Source: Camelus ferus (Eukaryota). From it: 64,000 bases of DNA. A program made the translations under genes and the position numbers. The notes under the pieces were generated by a model. The model was not told the DNA's origin and made no database searches. It saw only the letters and a list, made by a program, of their open reading frames with translations. Shown here piece by piece: positions 25,801-39,755 of this stretch (the stretch's first letter is position 1; every line of letters starts with the position of its first letter). The DNA lies in contig NC_045697.1 of the NCBI RefSeq assembly GCF_009834535.1, positions 36,520,001-36,584,000 on the forward strand. Reading direction: 5' to 3'.

Positions 25801-27765
25801 GGGGACTAATGGGACAACATTAGACTAACATTTTCATAATAGGGGTCCCACAAGGAGAAGAGAGAGAAAGAAGCAGAAACTTATTTGAATAATGACTGAA
25901 AACTTCCCTAACCTGGGGAAAGAAATAGACATGCAGATTCAGGAAGCCCAGAGAGCTCCAAATAAGAAGAACCACAGAGACTTACACCAAGCTTCCTTAT
26001 AATTAAAATGCCAGAAGTTAAAGATGAGGAGGGAATCTTAAAAGCAGCAAGAGAAAAACAACTTGTTACATGTAAGGAAACCTTTGTTACATACAAGGAA
26101 ACCCTTGTTGAGACTATCAGGAGACTTTTCAGCAGAAATTTTGCTGGCCAGAGGGAGTGGCACAATATATCCAAAGTGCTAAAAGAAAAAAATACCAAGA
26201 GTACTCTACCCAGCAAAGTTATCGTTCAGAATTGAGAAAGTGACGAGGAGTTTTCCAGACAAGCAAAAGCTAAAGGAATTCATCACCACTACACTGACCT
26301 TATAGAAAATGTTAAAGGGACTTCTTTAACTTCAAAAGAAGATGCGCTAATTAGTAACAAGGAACATATGAAAGCATACATCTCACTTGTAAAGGTGTAT
26401 ATATATAGTACAGGTAGTGGATTAATCACTTATAAAGCTAGTATAAAGGTTAACACAAAAAAGTAGTAAAAATAATAATCACGATTATTAGCTATGGAAT
26501 ACACAAGATAAAAAGATGTAAAATGTGAGGGAGGGGTAGAGTAAAATGGAAAGCTTTAGAAGGTGTTCAAACTTGAGTGGTTATCAACTGAAAATAGTCT
26601 GTTATAAATATAAGTTGTTATGTCAGTCTCACAGTAACCACAAAGTGAAATCTCTACCTATGGTAGCTACTGAAAAGGTAATGAGAACGGAATGTAAGCA
26701 TAACACTAAAGAAAGTGATCAAACCACAAAAGAAGAGAGTAAAGAACATAATGAGAGTAAGTACAAAACAGCTAGAAAACAATTAAACTGGCAATAATAA
26801 GTACATACCTATCAATAATTACTCTAAGTGTAAAGGGATTAAATGCTCCAATTAAAAGAAGGTTGAATGGATTAAAAAAAACAAGACCCGTCTATGTTTC
26901 TTACATGAAACCCACTTCAAATAAAAGGACACACAGAGGCCAGAAGTCAAGGATTAGCAAAAAATACTCCATGCAAATGGAAACCAATTATATTTATATA
27001 AGACAAAATATACTTTAAACAAAGACTGTAATAAGTGATAAAAAAGGGTATTATATAATGATAAAGTCGTCAATCCAACAAGTGGATGTAATATTTGTAA
27101 ATATCTATGCACCCAAAATAGGAGCACCTAAATATACAGAGCAAATGTTAACAGAGCTAAAGGGAGACATAGACAGCGATGCAATACACAGTAGGGGACT
27201 TCAGTACCCACTTACATCAGTGGGTAGCTCATCCAGATAGAAAATTAATAAGGAAACATGGGCTTTGAATGCCATGTTAGACCAGATGGTCTTAGATATA
27301 TACAGAACGTTCCATCCGAAAACAACAGAATACACATTCTTCTCAAGTGCACATGAAATCTTCCCCGGGATAAATCATGTTAGGCCAAAAACCAAGTTTT
27401 CGTAAATTTACGAAGCTTGGAATCATATTAACCATCTTTTCTCACCACAATGTTATGAAGCTAGAAATCAATTATGTGAAGAAAACTGGGTAATTCACAA
27501 GTCTGTGGAGGTTAAACAATGTGCTCCTGAACAACCACTGGATCAAAGAAGAAATCAAAAGAGAAAAAAAATACCCTGAGACAAATGAAAATGGAAGTAC
27601 AACGTACCAATGTACTGCAGCAGAGGTAGTTCTAAGAGGGACGTTCACAGCAATAAACGCCTACCCTCAAAAAACAAAATCTCAGATAAAAAGCTCTCTC
27701 CTCAAGGAACAAGAAGAAAGAAGAAATGAAGCCTAAAGTTAGTAGAAGGAAGGAAATAACAAAGG
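22850..27765 (+). mobile_element. Old L1 5' half: long repeated 5' UTR, decayed ORF1 (~25400-26330) and ORF2 endonuclease (~26790-27765), truncated at the 3' end
   Basis: ORF1 motifs ILKAAREKQLVT…FAGQREWHNISKVLKEKN. ORF2 motifs IFVNIYAPKIGAP and MLLNNHWIKEEIKRE. Confidence 0.9.
23779..24273 (+). mobile_element. Probable solo ERV LTR inserted in the L1 5' UTR
   Basis: ~495-bp TG…CA block interrupting an L1 UTR monomer. Has a CATAAA poly(A)-like signal and a U5-like TTGGTAAATTCTTTTACC end. No clean TSD. Confidence 0.6.
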
Positions 27766-27999
27766 TCCTAGAGGGTCCACGTACTCGGGCAGGTAGAAGC
27801 CCAGCCTCTCCTCCTTCCTTGTTTCTTCTTCTCTTTCTCCCTCAGTCTCCCGCCAAGATCCTGGCATGAAATGCCTTGCCTCCCCGGCAGACCCCCGAGG
27901 GACCTCTTGCCCATGTGCTTATTTTCTCTCTCTTTTTCTCTTTCTCTGTTGCTCTCTTTCTGTTTCTTTTTTTGCCCCCAAACATGCATATACCTACAC

Positions 28000-28393
28000 T
28001 GTGTGGACTGACTTGTGTCCCCTAAAGTTCAAGTTAAAGTCCTAACCTCCTCCCCCTACCACTCTTTGGAGATAGGCTCTTTAAAGAGTTAATTGCGGTT
28101 AACTGTGGTCATCAGAATGAGTTCTCACCTGACTGGTGTCTTTAGGGGAAAATGAGGACACAGAAAGGAAGAAAGGGAGGGCCTCGGGAAGCCACAGGGA
28201 GGAGATGGCCATTCGCACGCCAAGGAGGGAGGCCTAGAACAGACCCTTCCCTCAGGGCCCTCAGAAGAAACCAAGTCTGCTGACACCTGCATCCCAGTCT
28301 CCTCCCCTCTAGAACCATAAGCAGCCACATTTCTGCCGGTTCAGCCTCCAGGCCTGTGACACTTTGTCATGGCAGCCCAAGCAAAAAAATACA
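28000..28393 (+). mobile_element. MaLR solo LTR (MLT1A-like)
   Basis: TGTGTGGACTGA…GTCCCC…AAGTCCTAACC…GCCAAGGAG…AGGCCT…CTGCTGACACCT…CTCTAGAAC…TTTGTCATGGCAGCCC…AATACA. Confidence 0.85.
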
Positions 28394-31300
28394 CACTACC
28401 TATACCTTTAGCCTTCTCTTCTTTCTAGAATGTTGAGCTCAGTTGGCATTGGTTGAGAATTTTTCTCTGCTTTTCTCTAGCGAGAAAGCACTGTGAACAA
28501 GAGGTAGGGAAAGGACACTTTATGGACAACAGAATTCTGCGATTTGCAGAAAACTGGGTCAGAAATTAAGATACGCCACCTGTCCCTTTTTTGCACCAGC
28601 TTGCCGTGTTCTCTTAAGCAAACCACTTAATTTTCCAGGGTCTCAGTCTTCTCATCAATCATGTGAGGGCTGGAATTGGATCCTCTCTATTGCCCCCAAT
28701 AATCCGAACATTCTATGGCTCAGCCTGGCTGAGACACGAGTCTGTCTCATATTCGACACCCACAGCTTCCTGGATGAGGCACACAGAAACAGACAGTGGT
28801 TAGGACAATATTTAGTTTGCAAAATGTTTTTAGTATAAATTATTTTAGCTTGAAGCTGGTTGTTTGGTTTTGCCTGCTCTGATGCTTCCCCACCATGTAA
28901 ACATATAAGCTTGGGGAGAACGTAAAGGGAGGTGAATGAACTCACGATCATTGTATAAACTGTGAACGAGGATTAAACGTGAGACTAAAATGCCCCCGTT
29001 TGTGATATGTTTGAACCAAGCTGCTGGTGAACCACGATTTCTGCACTTCATTTTTCTTGACATTGGACCAGAGTAAATGCTCGGACTTCTAAGAGGGATC
29101 TGAGGGCAAGTCCTTCCAGATGCGGGTGTTCTTTGTCCCGTCACAACATCACCCTGGTGATGTGTTTATTTCTGTCTCTTTAGGGATGTTCAGGAGACAC
29201 AGTGTGGCCTCTGTGAGGACTAGAAACCACTTTCTGCCTCAGTTGCTCTTTTTTGTTGGAAAGGAGTTAAAGACCTCTGGTGCTGCTATAAGAAATACCC
29301 CAGCCATGAGTCGACACCCAAGCAACCTTGCCAGTCTTCCAATGAGAAACAAATTAAAGACAACATTATTTCTAAATATAACTTCAGTAACTTAAGTGCT
29401 TCTGAAAGGGTGGACCAAGGACACAAATGGCATCGGCTTATTCAGTGTCCTCTCCAAGAAAGCACCTGTTGGCAGATATCCTAAATCCCCTGTAAGTCTA
29501 GCAAAATGTTCTACATGGGAGATTACTTTCCATTTGTGGCTTTTATATTCAATGTAGTTACTTCAAAGGAACATAGTGATTTTAGGAAGATGTATCAGAT
29601 TGATAAACTCAACAATTTATTTCTTTATGGAGCCTGTTTCTGTTCCTTTGTGATGCCTTTGTGGTTCTAAAGCAATCACTGAAGAGTCAAGAATCTCTAA
29701 TGTATTTCCTTAATTTCAATAATGGTGGCAAATTATTTCAATTACAAAATTTAATTGTTCAGTCTAGATTATTTTAAAAGGCTATTGAAGGATCAATTTT
29801 GTCATTATCTAAATTTAAAAAGAAACAGCTCTTAGCAACTATCCTTTCCTTCCATAAATACTTTTTAAAAATAAAATGTTGGTTCTTAAAGTGGATAGTT
29901 AACTTTATATGTACATCTGCCTACTATCATAATATTTGAGCTAATGTAAGTGTGTGTTTCTGTAATATAAACCTGTATGAAAATATGCATATAATTGTAT
30001 ATTCATCTATTTTTCCACATCATGTATGATTCTCAGTTATTAATTGATAACAGGATTGAGTTGCCATATATCTGTATTATTTGTGTGAATGATTGTGTTG
30101 AAAACCCCTAAGGAATTTTAATTTCATAAAGTACAAAAATCCATAACTGAACTTTTGTATGAGGGCACCGGCCAGGGAAGATGGGGCTGGAAGGAGAAGT
30201 TTTTAGTTTCTTACCAGTAACTGCAGAGCAATTATGTTTAAAATGATTGTTCTTTGTCACAGTTAAACATTTCAGAAGGCTTTACTGAATTTGGATAAAT
30301 TAAGTTTCTGTTTTTACTCATTGGAATTTCAGATTACAAACACATTTGGTAGAAAGTTCACTGAATTTAATACTGATGTTCACTGTCTCGTATGTTGCTT
30401 TACTCTCAGCAATCTATTAGTTACAGTATCTATTAGAGTTTGAAATAAGGTTTGTGAGCAATGTATGTAAATTAAGAAAAGCCCCCACAGATAAAGAAAA
30501 GCCCCAATATTTGTAGAAGGGGAAAAAAAAAAGCAGCACCCGTTGACACAAGGACATCGGCTACTGCTGCTGAAAGCCTCCAGGAGTCCCGCAGACCGGA
30601 AGCCCCGTGCCCCCTAATTACAACCAGGCCGATTTTTCAACAGGATGTTCGCTTTTGGGAACAATCCCCACAGAAGGCCTTTCCCCCTGGAATGGGCCAG
30701 CTCTTCCAGGGCACAGCACTTAGATGGCCCCTATAGGAAATTCTCCTCATGCCAGTTGGCAAATAACATCCCCAATATGACGGTTTGGAGAGGAAGTTCC
30801 AACCACAGGACACAGACTAAACAGCGGAATTCGTGAAAGCATCCAAGTCATTCACGCTAGAAAAAAGGCGTCAGATTTGTCTTTGCTGGGGCCCAATTCC
30901 TGCTGGATTTGCGGGGTCTCTGCTGAGGCTGCCTCACCGACGGGTGAAATCAGGTCCAGGCTTCACTGGGGGAGGGCCTCGAGCTGCCCTGGGAGTTGCT
31001 AACCAAGTGTTGTCTGCTCTAAATATTTCCCTCTCTGGGAGCCAGCTACACCAATGCTCTGTTTTCCCTTTTGGGACCAAAGACCCCATCAGGGAGCCTA
31101 TTTGTTTTCCTGGGTTATACACCAACAGTAGCAGGGACAGTCCCTCTAAAAGGGCTCTGTTATTCAGCACACATACCCCCTAGATGCACAGAGGGCCGCC
31201 TGCGAGCACAGAGCAGGATTTTGTGTTAATTGCTGCCTGGGCAGCACAGTTGGCTTGGTCTGGGAAAGGAAAAACCACGCTTTCCCTGTAAGACTGCAGT

Positions 31301-31394
31301 AAGCCTCTAGGTGGCCACAGAATCAGAGGCTGAGGGATGGGAGTGTTGAAAGGGAAGAGGTGGCCCAGCAAGACACACACAGGAACTAGATTTG

Positions 31395-31750
31395 CCTGAG
31401 AAGCTTGTTAAACAGAGAATACTGGGCGCCATTCTTCCCTCAGGAATTAGAATCCCTAAGATGGTAGTTCTCAGCCAGGGACCATTTCGCTCCTCAAGAG
31501 ACAATGTCTAAAGACATTTTTGGTTGTCACCCCTGGGGAAGGTGCTACTGGCATCTAGTGGGTGGGACCAGGATGCTGCTAAACACCCTACAGTGCACAG
31601 GACCGCCCCTGCAGCAAAGAACTATCTGGTCCAAAATGTCAGCATCCCAGGTGAGAAGGCCTGCTCTCTTGGTTAGAGGGGTGCCAAGTATTTGTGCTTT
31701 TAACAAACTCTGCAGGTGATTCCAATGCACTGAGGCTTGGGAACCTCTGC
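31395..31750. mobile_element. MER5A with a nested MER20 (~31464-31663)
   Basis: MER20 core AGACATTTTTGGTTGTCAC…TGCTACTGGCATCTAGTGGGT…CCAGGATGCTGCTAAACACCCTACAGTGCACAGGAC splits the MER5A halves (GCTTGTTAAACAGA / TTTTAACAAACTC…GGTGATTC). Confidence 0.85.
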
Positions 31751-34700
31751 TCCCATGTTGGCAATCAGCTGAGAACATCAGGTTGCCAGGGCCAGAAGGG
31801 CGGGTCGAGGCAGATGAGGAAGTAACACGGAATACGTGCAAATCAGTAGCACTAAAGACAGTCACCGTGTACTTGACAAATGTATTCCACAAGACCCATG
31901 GGAGCCTGTAATAGGACTTACGGTGGGCCTGTGGGCAAGAGTAAGCATAGGGCCCAGTTGCCCCAGGCAGAAAAGCAAACGCTGAGCAGCCGTGCCTCTG
32001 AGGCATCAGCCTCACCCCAGGTTTCCCCTCGTTACAGCATTGTTGGCTCTGATTCTTTAAGATAGTTTTCAGGTCCGCTTCTCCAGAGCACTGTGCTTCT
32101 GGGGAGGGCCCTATCTTCAACCCTCAGTGTCCTAGGTGGACCACGGAGAGAACAGGAGCTCGTTCTAGGCCCCAGAAGGCTAAGGAAACCGGTCTTCTGG
32201 GGAAGATGTGAAAAATTCAAGAGAAACCTCTCAACCATCTTCTAGTGCTCCAGCGAGCACCGTACCGGGAGTCAAGTGATTTCTGTTCTACTCTCTCTCC
32301 TCAGCAGCCATATCCTCTGGCCGAGCTGCTGTCTGGGGGCCCTGACGGCCTCACCCGTGATAACAGCCAACCTGCCTGCCTCACTGCCCTGCAGCAAGGA
32401 TCACCGAGGGACTGTCTGAGAAAGGAGCTTCTACGGAATTCAAACAGAAAGAAGCGATTGTGCCTGCAGGTGGAAGGAAAGGAACCAGTAGCGTTAACCT
32501 GTTATGAACGGAAGTGTTTTTCTATTAAGGCATAGAGTTAATGGAAGGTGTTTATCATATTCTTGGAATAATGAGGATTCCTCATGGCTATACAGACTCT
32601 GAAGAGAAACAGAAGCAGACTTTCCTTTCTGCATCACAATTTAAAGGTTTAGACTTTTTATTTAAGGAATACAAATATAATCAAAGTCACATGAGACCCA
32701 ACAATGTTGCTGTTTCATTACAAACTAAGCCTGTTTAATGAGGTTCTGCAGACCCCATAAATAACTGAGACCCGGCTGTGCTGTTTTCGTTGCTTAAGGT
32801 ATGACTCTTACTGCACTCATTGTTGTCGTCTTAAAGTGTTGTTATTTCTATGACATAAAACCTGTATCTTGATGTGGCCACAAGTGAAATATCTCCCCTC
32901 CATCCAGAATAGCAAACTATTTTATTCTGCTTACCTGCAAGGGCACCTGGGAAATCAATCCAATAAAACAAAACCTGGCTCATTACATTGTTATGAAACT
33001 GAACATTATATTGTGAGTAGCTTTACCATTCTATTAATGACTACTTTAAAGCAGCATGTTAATATTCTCAAAGGCAAACATTATTATTAAAAAACACGGC
33101 AATCCCTTGATATAGATTCGAAAGAAATGTGGGGTGATGAAAGCCGGGGACGCACCATTTGGGTCGATGGTCAGTCCCTCATCCCTGAATCGGCTCCCCA
33201 GCCCCATCACTGTATGCACACCAAGTGCTTCCCAGCCAACCCCCTCAGTCAGTCCCCCTGAATGCCACATCTCTCTCTCTCATTTCCTATTATTTCTCAT
33301 TTATCTATTGGCTCACTTCATGAGCACACAGGGCTGGGACTGTCTTTACTTCCATGTTTGCTATAGCCCTTGATATCTGTTGACAAAGGCACCATAATCC
33401 CCATTTTACAGAAGGGAAACCTCAAATGCTGGAATTTTAGACTTAGTCAAGGCCAGTACTTCTGAGAGGTTTTCAGGGACGGCACCAACATAAGCCTGGG
33501 GGTTAATCACTGAACCTGACTGAAGTCTTTCCACCTGCTTTCAATAAGCATTTTACAACACCCTGTAACTATCTTATCATTGTATTATTAGTTATTCCAC
33601 ATGACAGGGGAGCATGGTTTTCCTCACTTACCAAGGAAGAAATAGGTAAAGAATAAATAAGGCCATTTCTACATAAATGCAATGCCCACTGTCTGTGACT
33701 ACACCACCTATAGGCTCAAGTTCAAGTCAAACAAACTCTCATGAGAATCTCATGAGAAACGCCCAACAGGATTTCCTCTAAAGCCACCCATCACCCAGCC
33801 AAGATGAAGAGATTCTCACTGCACCCCCCACTTTGGAAGATGATTCTAACATAAAAGGTACAGCCACTGACGGTGTTCCCTGAGGAACTGGTTACTTTGG
33901 AAGACAAGCACAAAAATGGCCATAGCAAAGTATCTAGAAATATTCCTGAATGGAGTACCCAGACCAAAGCAACTCCTGACCTAGCAAAGTTTCCCATTTC
34001 TCCTTCACCTTTGCCCTAGAATACAGTGTGTTCTCTAATTGTACTTTATGAAAACTTGTTCAGCAGTCCTGATCCACCCACCCTGGGTTAGATCTCAGGC
34101 CACTCCGTTCCTGGTCTAGTGCTTCTGTTCCCACGTCACTTCGTTACAGAGTTTTAAGTACTGGTGTGACACAGCTTCCTTGAATGAATGTGCTAAATGC
34201 TTCTCAAGAGCTCTTGCTTGCACTGAGGAAGCACAAAATGTTCACGAGAAATTACTCCTTTGTTTTTCTATAATTAGCTGGTTCTCTTCCTCTTCTTGAT
34301 TCTCCACCTAATGATGCATTGACTTGGCTGAACAACCACACAAAAAGATGTGGGAGATGGCATTCATTACACTATGACAGAAATATTAGCATCAGGATGG
34401 AATTTCTGCCCCAAACCCAGGATTGTTACTTTCTCTGCTAGTAGCAAATTCTAAGTATCTCTAACATGGTTCAGTGATCACTTCCTGATTATTTAAGAAA
34501 ATCTATCTTTTTGTTTATTGCTCTATTTCTAGCCTGAGCCGGTCATTATCCTGGCAGGCTGCTAGAGAAGAGACTCACCTCGAGGTCTACTTCCTTTGCA
34601 TTTTAGGGTAGAAGTGGAGAAGGTAAACTGATTTTCCTATCAAAAGTGATTTACCTTAAACCATGTGAAAAATGCTTTGAGATGGTAAATACCACCCCTG

Positions 34701-37700
34701 ACATCCTATGTGTACAACAGCCTTCAGCCCACCCTTCCTTAATCGAATGAGTCTTTTGTCTGACGACGTCTAACCCTCCCTGTGTCTAATCTTGTTTTCC
34801 TGGGTGGAGAAGGGAGGGAGGCTGTAGTGTTTCTATCAACAGGGAGCCAGATGCTGGTTCTCTGGAAAGCATTGGTTAGTTTTATTCCTTTTATAGGTAC
34901 ACACACAACCCCATGGGAAGTTACAAAAGATTGGGATATGGCCACTTTTCAGGCTCCATTATTATCTTCTCACCCTCTCCATCCTTCCATTTTCTCTAAC
35001 TCAACTTTGCACCCAACACCAGGCTCTGCCGTCAGACTCAGGAGGCTCAGTGCTGCCTGAGCCCCACAGAAGTGGGCAGCCCTGAGCACCTTCCTTTGCA
35101 CTACCTCCGCACCTGATGGAGTCTCACCAAACCACACTCTGCCACACAGCCAAGTAAGAAAAGGTCTTTGTCACTGAAAATGGAAAGAGCTTTCAATGAG
35201 TAGCACTCTTGCTTCATAAAATACACAATCTGATCCATCCAGTTCCTTCTTTCAGATGATGATATGGGGAAGGCAGTGACCTGGGTGATCCGAGACAGCA
35301 TCCGAAGGCTGAGTGGGGCTTGCCTACAGTGATTGCTTCTCTAGTCTCATTCAGGATGTGAACTATTAGGGGACACAAAGTATGTAAAGAAATTTGCATA
35401 GCAATTGGTTTCAATCAGCCATTGGCTAAATATAAATGTCTCATTAAAAAAACCACCACCAATCACAAAACCCCATCAAAAACCCACTCCCAAGCCCAGC
35501 AGCCAGAACACAGAGAAAGGGAAGGTGAGTAACACCCGGGCCCTAAGGGTGGACGTCTGGATGGCTCCCAGGGCTGGGACTCTATGGTTTCTGGGCTTCA
35601 CCTGCACCCTTGTCTACTAGACTGGCCACAAAACCACTGTGTTGAGTGGGACCTCATCTTCAAGCCTAAGAGCCGGGATCAGCAGTAACAGAAAAACATT
35701 TCCGGCAGCACTGTCTTCTGCTACTTACAACCACTTTTCCTTCGAGTTCTGCTGCATTTGGGGCTCCTACCAAGTCCAGGTGAAATGCAGGGAAGAGACA
35801 CACGTTACTGGAGGTGAGGTATGAGACCAGAACCCATGCACTTCTTTTCTGAATGGATTAGGGTTCATCTCTGGAAAACCACTAAATTGCAACTCAGGTA
35901 TAATTAATCTGAGTAGGTCTTCCATTTTAGAAAAATCAGTCAATCCGCTTGCTCTGCCAGATGGCTTAAGCCTGGTGTCATGGCATGTCATTTGTTTGGT
36001 TAAAAGCTCTTCCCCCACGTAGGCCCCGGTCTTGATTCATCTGTGATTCAAAAGCTGTGATTGAAAGAGCCTTCAAACTCACAGGTGTACAACTCACTGG
36101 GGACACAAGACAAAAATTCAAAATGTAGGCACCATTAGCGTCCAGTCTCATTATTTTCACATGGCCAGAAAAGGCAAACATGAACACATTGGAACAAGGA
36201 CCCTTTGGGAGTAGAGAGAGAGAAAAAAAAAAAGGTAACCGAAGACCCTCAGTAGGGACAACAAGTTCTGCAGCTTCTGGAAGTAATCAGAGGGACAGAG
36301 CCAAACAGCCGATGCACATTCGTGCAGTTTTACCTGGCCAAGTCCTGGCGTCCGCCTGGTTGAAGGGGATCCAGAAAGAGGATGAAATGAACTTGGTCCC
36401 ACTGAAAGTGGGGTCAGTTCCAAGGGCTTAATCTGTTTCAATTTTTTTTTTTTTTTACTTTAAATAAAGTAGATTTCCTGACTAAAATCCGATCAGCCAT
36501 GTAACCATCCTGCTTCATCAAAGAAGCTCTGGTGCTTTACAGAAACCACACGAGTTAAGGGCACCTTCTGGCACAAATGGGGCCACAAGGGCCCTCTGTC
36601 AAGCAAAGCTGCCCGAGGCTTGAGTCTGGACTAGAGAAATGTCACTGTCCCCTTGTGGAAGGTCCCTAGCAGTATTCCCTACCCTTCTGGTCCTCTAATC
36701 ACACAGAATCTCAAGAAGTGGGGACATGATTTTACTCCCATCCATAAAAAGGAGAATATAAATATTCACCCACTGAGATATGCCTGGGCTGATAAAATGC
36801 ACACTTGTTCCCCAGTTCCTCCTTTTCAAAGGACTCGTTTTAAGCATAAGATTTTAGAACTTTGGTAAATAATATTTTAGAACTTTGACATTTTTCTTCT
36901 AGTAGCATAGGCATGCTTCATACAAACATTCTTTCATTTGTAGAAAACGATTCAGTCCTAACTTGTTTGGTTTAACCCCTGCTCTGATCCCTTAGGATGT
37001 ATATATACAGAAGCCTCCAAATACCAAGGTTTTTGTTACTGAAAACCGATGCTATATCAAAGCCACTGTTCACCACGTGTTTCAAGAGTGTGCTTTCAGA
37101 GGGCAGTGACAGTTGCTTCTCACAAGTGGCATGGGGGCCCACACTGGGGGTCCACACAGCGAGGCTGCCTGCTCCTCTGACACTAGCTGGAGTTAGAATT
37201 AATTTCTGCCACCCTTGCATGGGTCACCCATGCCAAAGGTTGAGTTGGCCGTGTGGCTAAAACTGGAAATTTAGCATTTTGAGTTGCTCTAATTCTTTTT
37301 GCTCAGTCTACTAATCAACACCAAATCCAATGCCATTTGACTAAGATAAAACGGCACAGCCACTACGCTGTTCCTGCCAACAGCTCCAAATGAAAAGGGG
37401 CTCCCCTTAAACGGACTCTTACCACCAACCCCCAAGTCAGTACCACACCAGCTTGTAAAGCTCATGAATAAGGGTTACTGCACTAGAAACAGAGCCTTCT
37501 GTTGGAGTCATTGGCAAAGGGTGGTTACAGATTTGTGTCCTCCCTTATTGGGGTCAAACATTTGTCTTTGGTAAAATAAGGGCGTTGGATTAGAATCTAA
37601 AAATAACTGGCAGGAATACGCGTTCTATGACCTCAGGATTCTCCAGTGGGTGGGTGGAGGTGTCAGCGGAGTCAGGATACAGAATAAACTTCAGCAAAAT

Positions 37701-39329
37701 GCTCTCTAAAATCATGTTGACTTGGCAAGGTCATGTTAAAGAGGCAGGGTGGAATAACATGATTTCTCTGAGGAAAAGAACGAATGATTTGTGCCAAACT
37801 ATTCACATAGTGGAAAGTTCTACACTTTGGGAAGATGAGATGTGGTGGTTTCTAAGAAGCTGATCAGCATGTTCCACTGCTTTTTTTCTGAAAGAAATTT
37901 ATAGTTCATCATTCTTTAATTCCAGTCTCTAACCATTTATGTGTAATGGAAAAAGCGAACATCTATTCAGTTGCATGTCAGAAGCTCTTAGGATCACCAA
38001 ACAGTCCTGAAGACTTAACAGTAAGATACTCAGACAATGGACTTTATTAAGCTCAACAGAGAAAAATATACATGAATTGAAACAGAAGGCCTTAACACTT
38101 AGTAATAGCTTTAAAATCTGTAAGCTCAGCCCTAGTCATAAAAAATAAAATAGGCCAAGAAGCTTGAAAGAACACAGATCTAAGTTTTTAAAAGAGGCAA
38201 ACACTGAAAATGTTAACACATGAAATGCTCAACTCCTTTAAAAATATCTTTTAAAGTATAAATAAAAATTTGGAGAATTAAACTTGCACAGATAAGTTTG
38301 GACAAAAGAAAAAATAGGTAAAGGAATATTTGGCAAACACACGTACACATAAATCAGCTGCTCCAGATGACATGTATCCCCGGGGAATAAAAGAATTTGA
38401 CTAATATGTTTACTGAACAATGGTGCAGTAAAGATGAATAATTATTTCTGAAAAATTATCTTGCACACAGGGGGATGTCAGAAGATTGGAAAAAGACCAA
38501 CACCACGTGATAGTGATGGAGAAAGAAAACAGAAGGAAAGGGTAGTGAAAAATTAGTGTATGGTATATGCAATTGTTGGTTTAAAAAAATGTGGAATATT
38601 AGGGAAGCAAAATTTAAAGAGTTCAGGATACCAGGGATGAATGAGCAAGAACAGTCTGCATTTAAATGACCACAGATGAGTCTGAGATGATTGTGAAGAC
38701 TTCAATACAGTTCTCACTGTAGTTATAAACCTATAAAGGGATGGGGGTGGGGGCAGCACTAAGTTGAACATTTAGCATCTTGGGAAAGATTTTATTTTCA
38801 CTATTAAAGACTCAAAAGAGGGGAGGAGCTGAAAATGGACAGAAATCTCAAACAAACACGGTATTAAGCCCAGTCATAGGTGTTTCAGAAGGTGTCTTAA
38901 CAATCCCCCAACACGTAAGTCTTCATCTAGACCCTGACGGATGAGCCAGGACAGGGTGTTACAAAGTTTATGAATGGCACTTAGGTGGGGAGACGTGAAA
39001 CAGGAGGAAGAAAAGTAAATAAATTAGGTTAGACACAGACACATCTGCAATTAGAGAGAATCCACTGAAAACAGAGAGCGATATGAACAGAATGGAGATA
39101 TTTAGAAAGCAATACAATTTGGGAATGAGAAAATTAAACATAAATTCACACTGAGCAAGGTGGGTGGGTGTGTGAAGAGGAAGGCCACTGATATTTGAGA
39201 TTTTATTGAAAACTATATTCAGAGCATGTGACCGAGAGTGACGTTAACCAGGTAAAACTCCCCCTGCTTCAGGAATAAGCCGGCAAAGATGAAAGCAGAA
39301 GTAGCAGGAACCCACCTGCACCCGGCCCA

Positions 39330-39755
39330 CCCAGACACCCACCCTTTTCTGTGGGAGTCCTGGGCTGTAGGAACCAGCATTTGCACATCACAGAGAAGAC
39401 AACCGAGGCCACAGAGGTTAAGGCCACGTGAGGCAGAACGATAGAAAGTGCTAGATCTAGGGTTTGCAAACAGCACAGCCCAGCTCCAAAGTCCACGCTT
39501 GGCTGGATACCAGATGCCCTCATGGCTCCCTCCCTCACTGCCTTCTAGTTTCTGCTTAAGTGCCACTTCCTTTATATAAAAGAGACCTTCTTATATCAAG
39601 AAACCAGAGTACGGAGGTGCTGTTTGATTTCACACCACTTACTTCCATTTTATATACAATATGCCCTCTCACTGGAATATGTACTGCAGAATCCTCAGGG
39701 CCTAAAGCATGCCTGACATGTCATAGGTGCTCAATAAGTATTTGCTATTAAACTA
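39330..39755. mobile_element. MIR and L2 3' fragments
   Basis: CCGAGGCCACAGAGGTTAAG (MIR) and TGCCTGACATGTCATAGGTGCTCAATAAGTATTTG (L2 end). Confidence 0.6.

Noticed and set aside
5228..27765. Idea that the L1 3' half (5228-7660) and 5' half (22850-27765) are one split or active element
   Set aside because: They are in the wrong order on the same strand, share no visible TSD, and both carry many stops and frameshifts.
31545..32120. 191-aa minus-strand ORF
   Set aside because: Runs through MER20/MER5A sequence, uses a non-ATG start and has no protein family resemblance.
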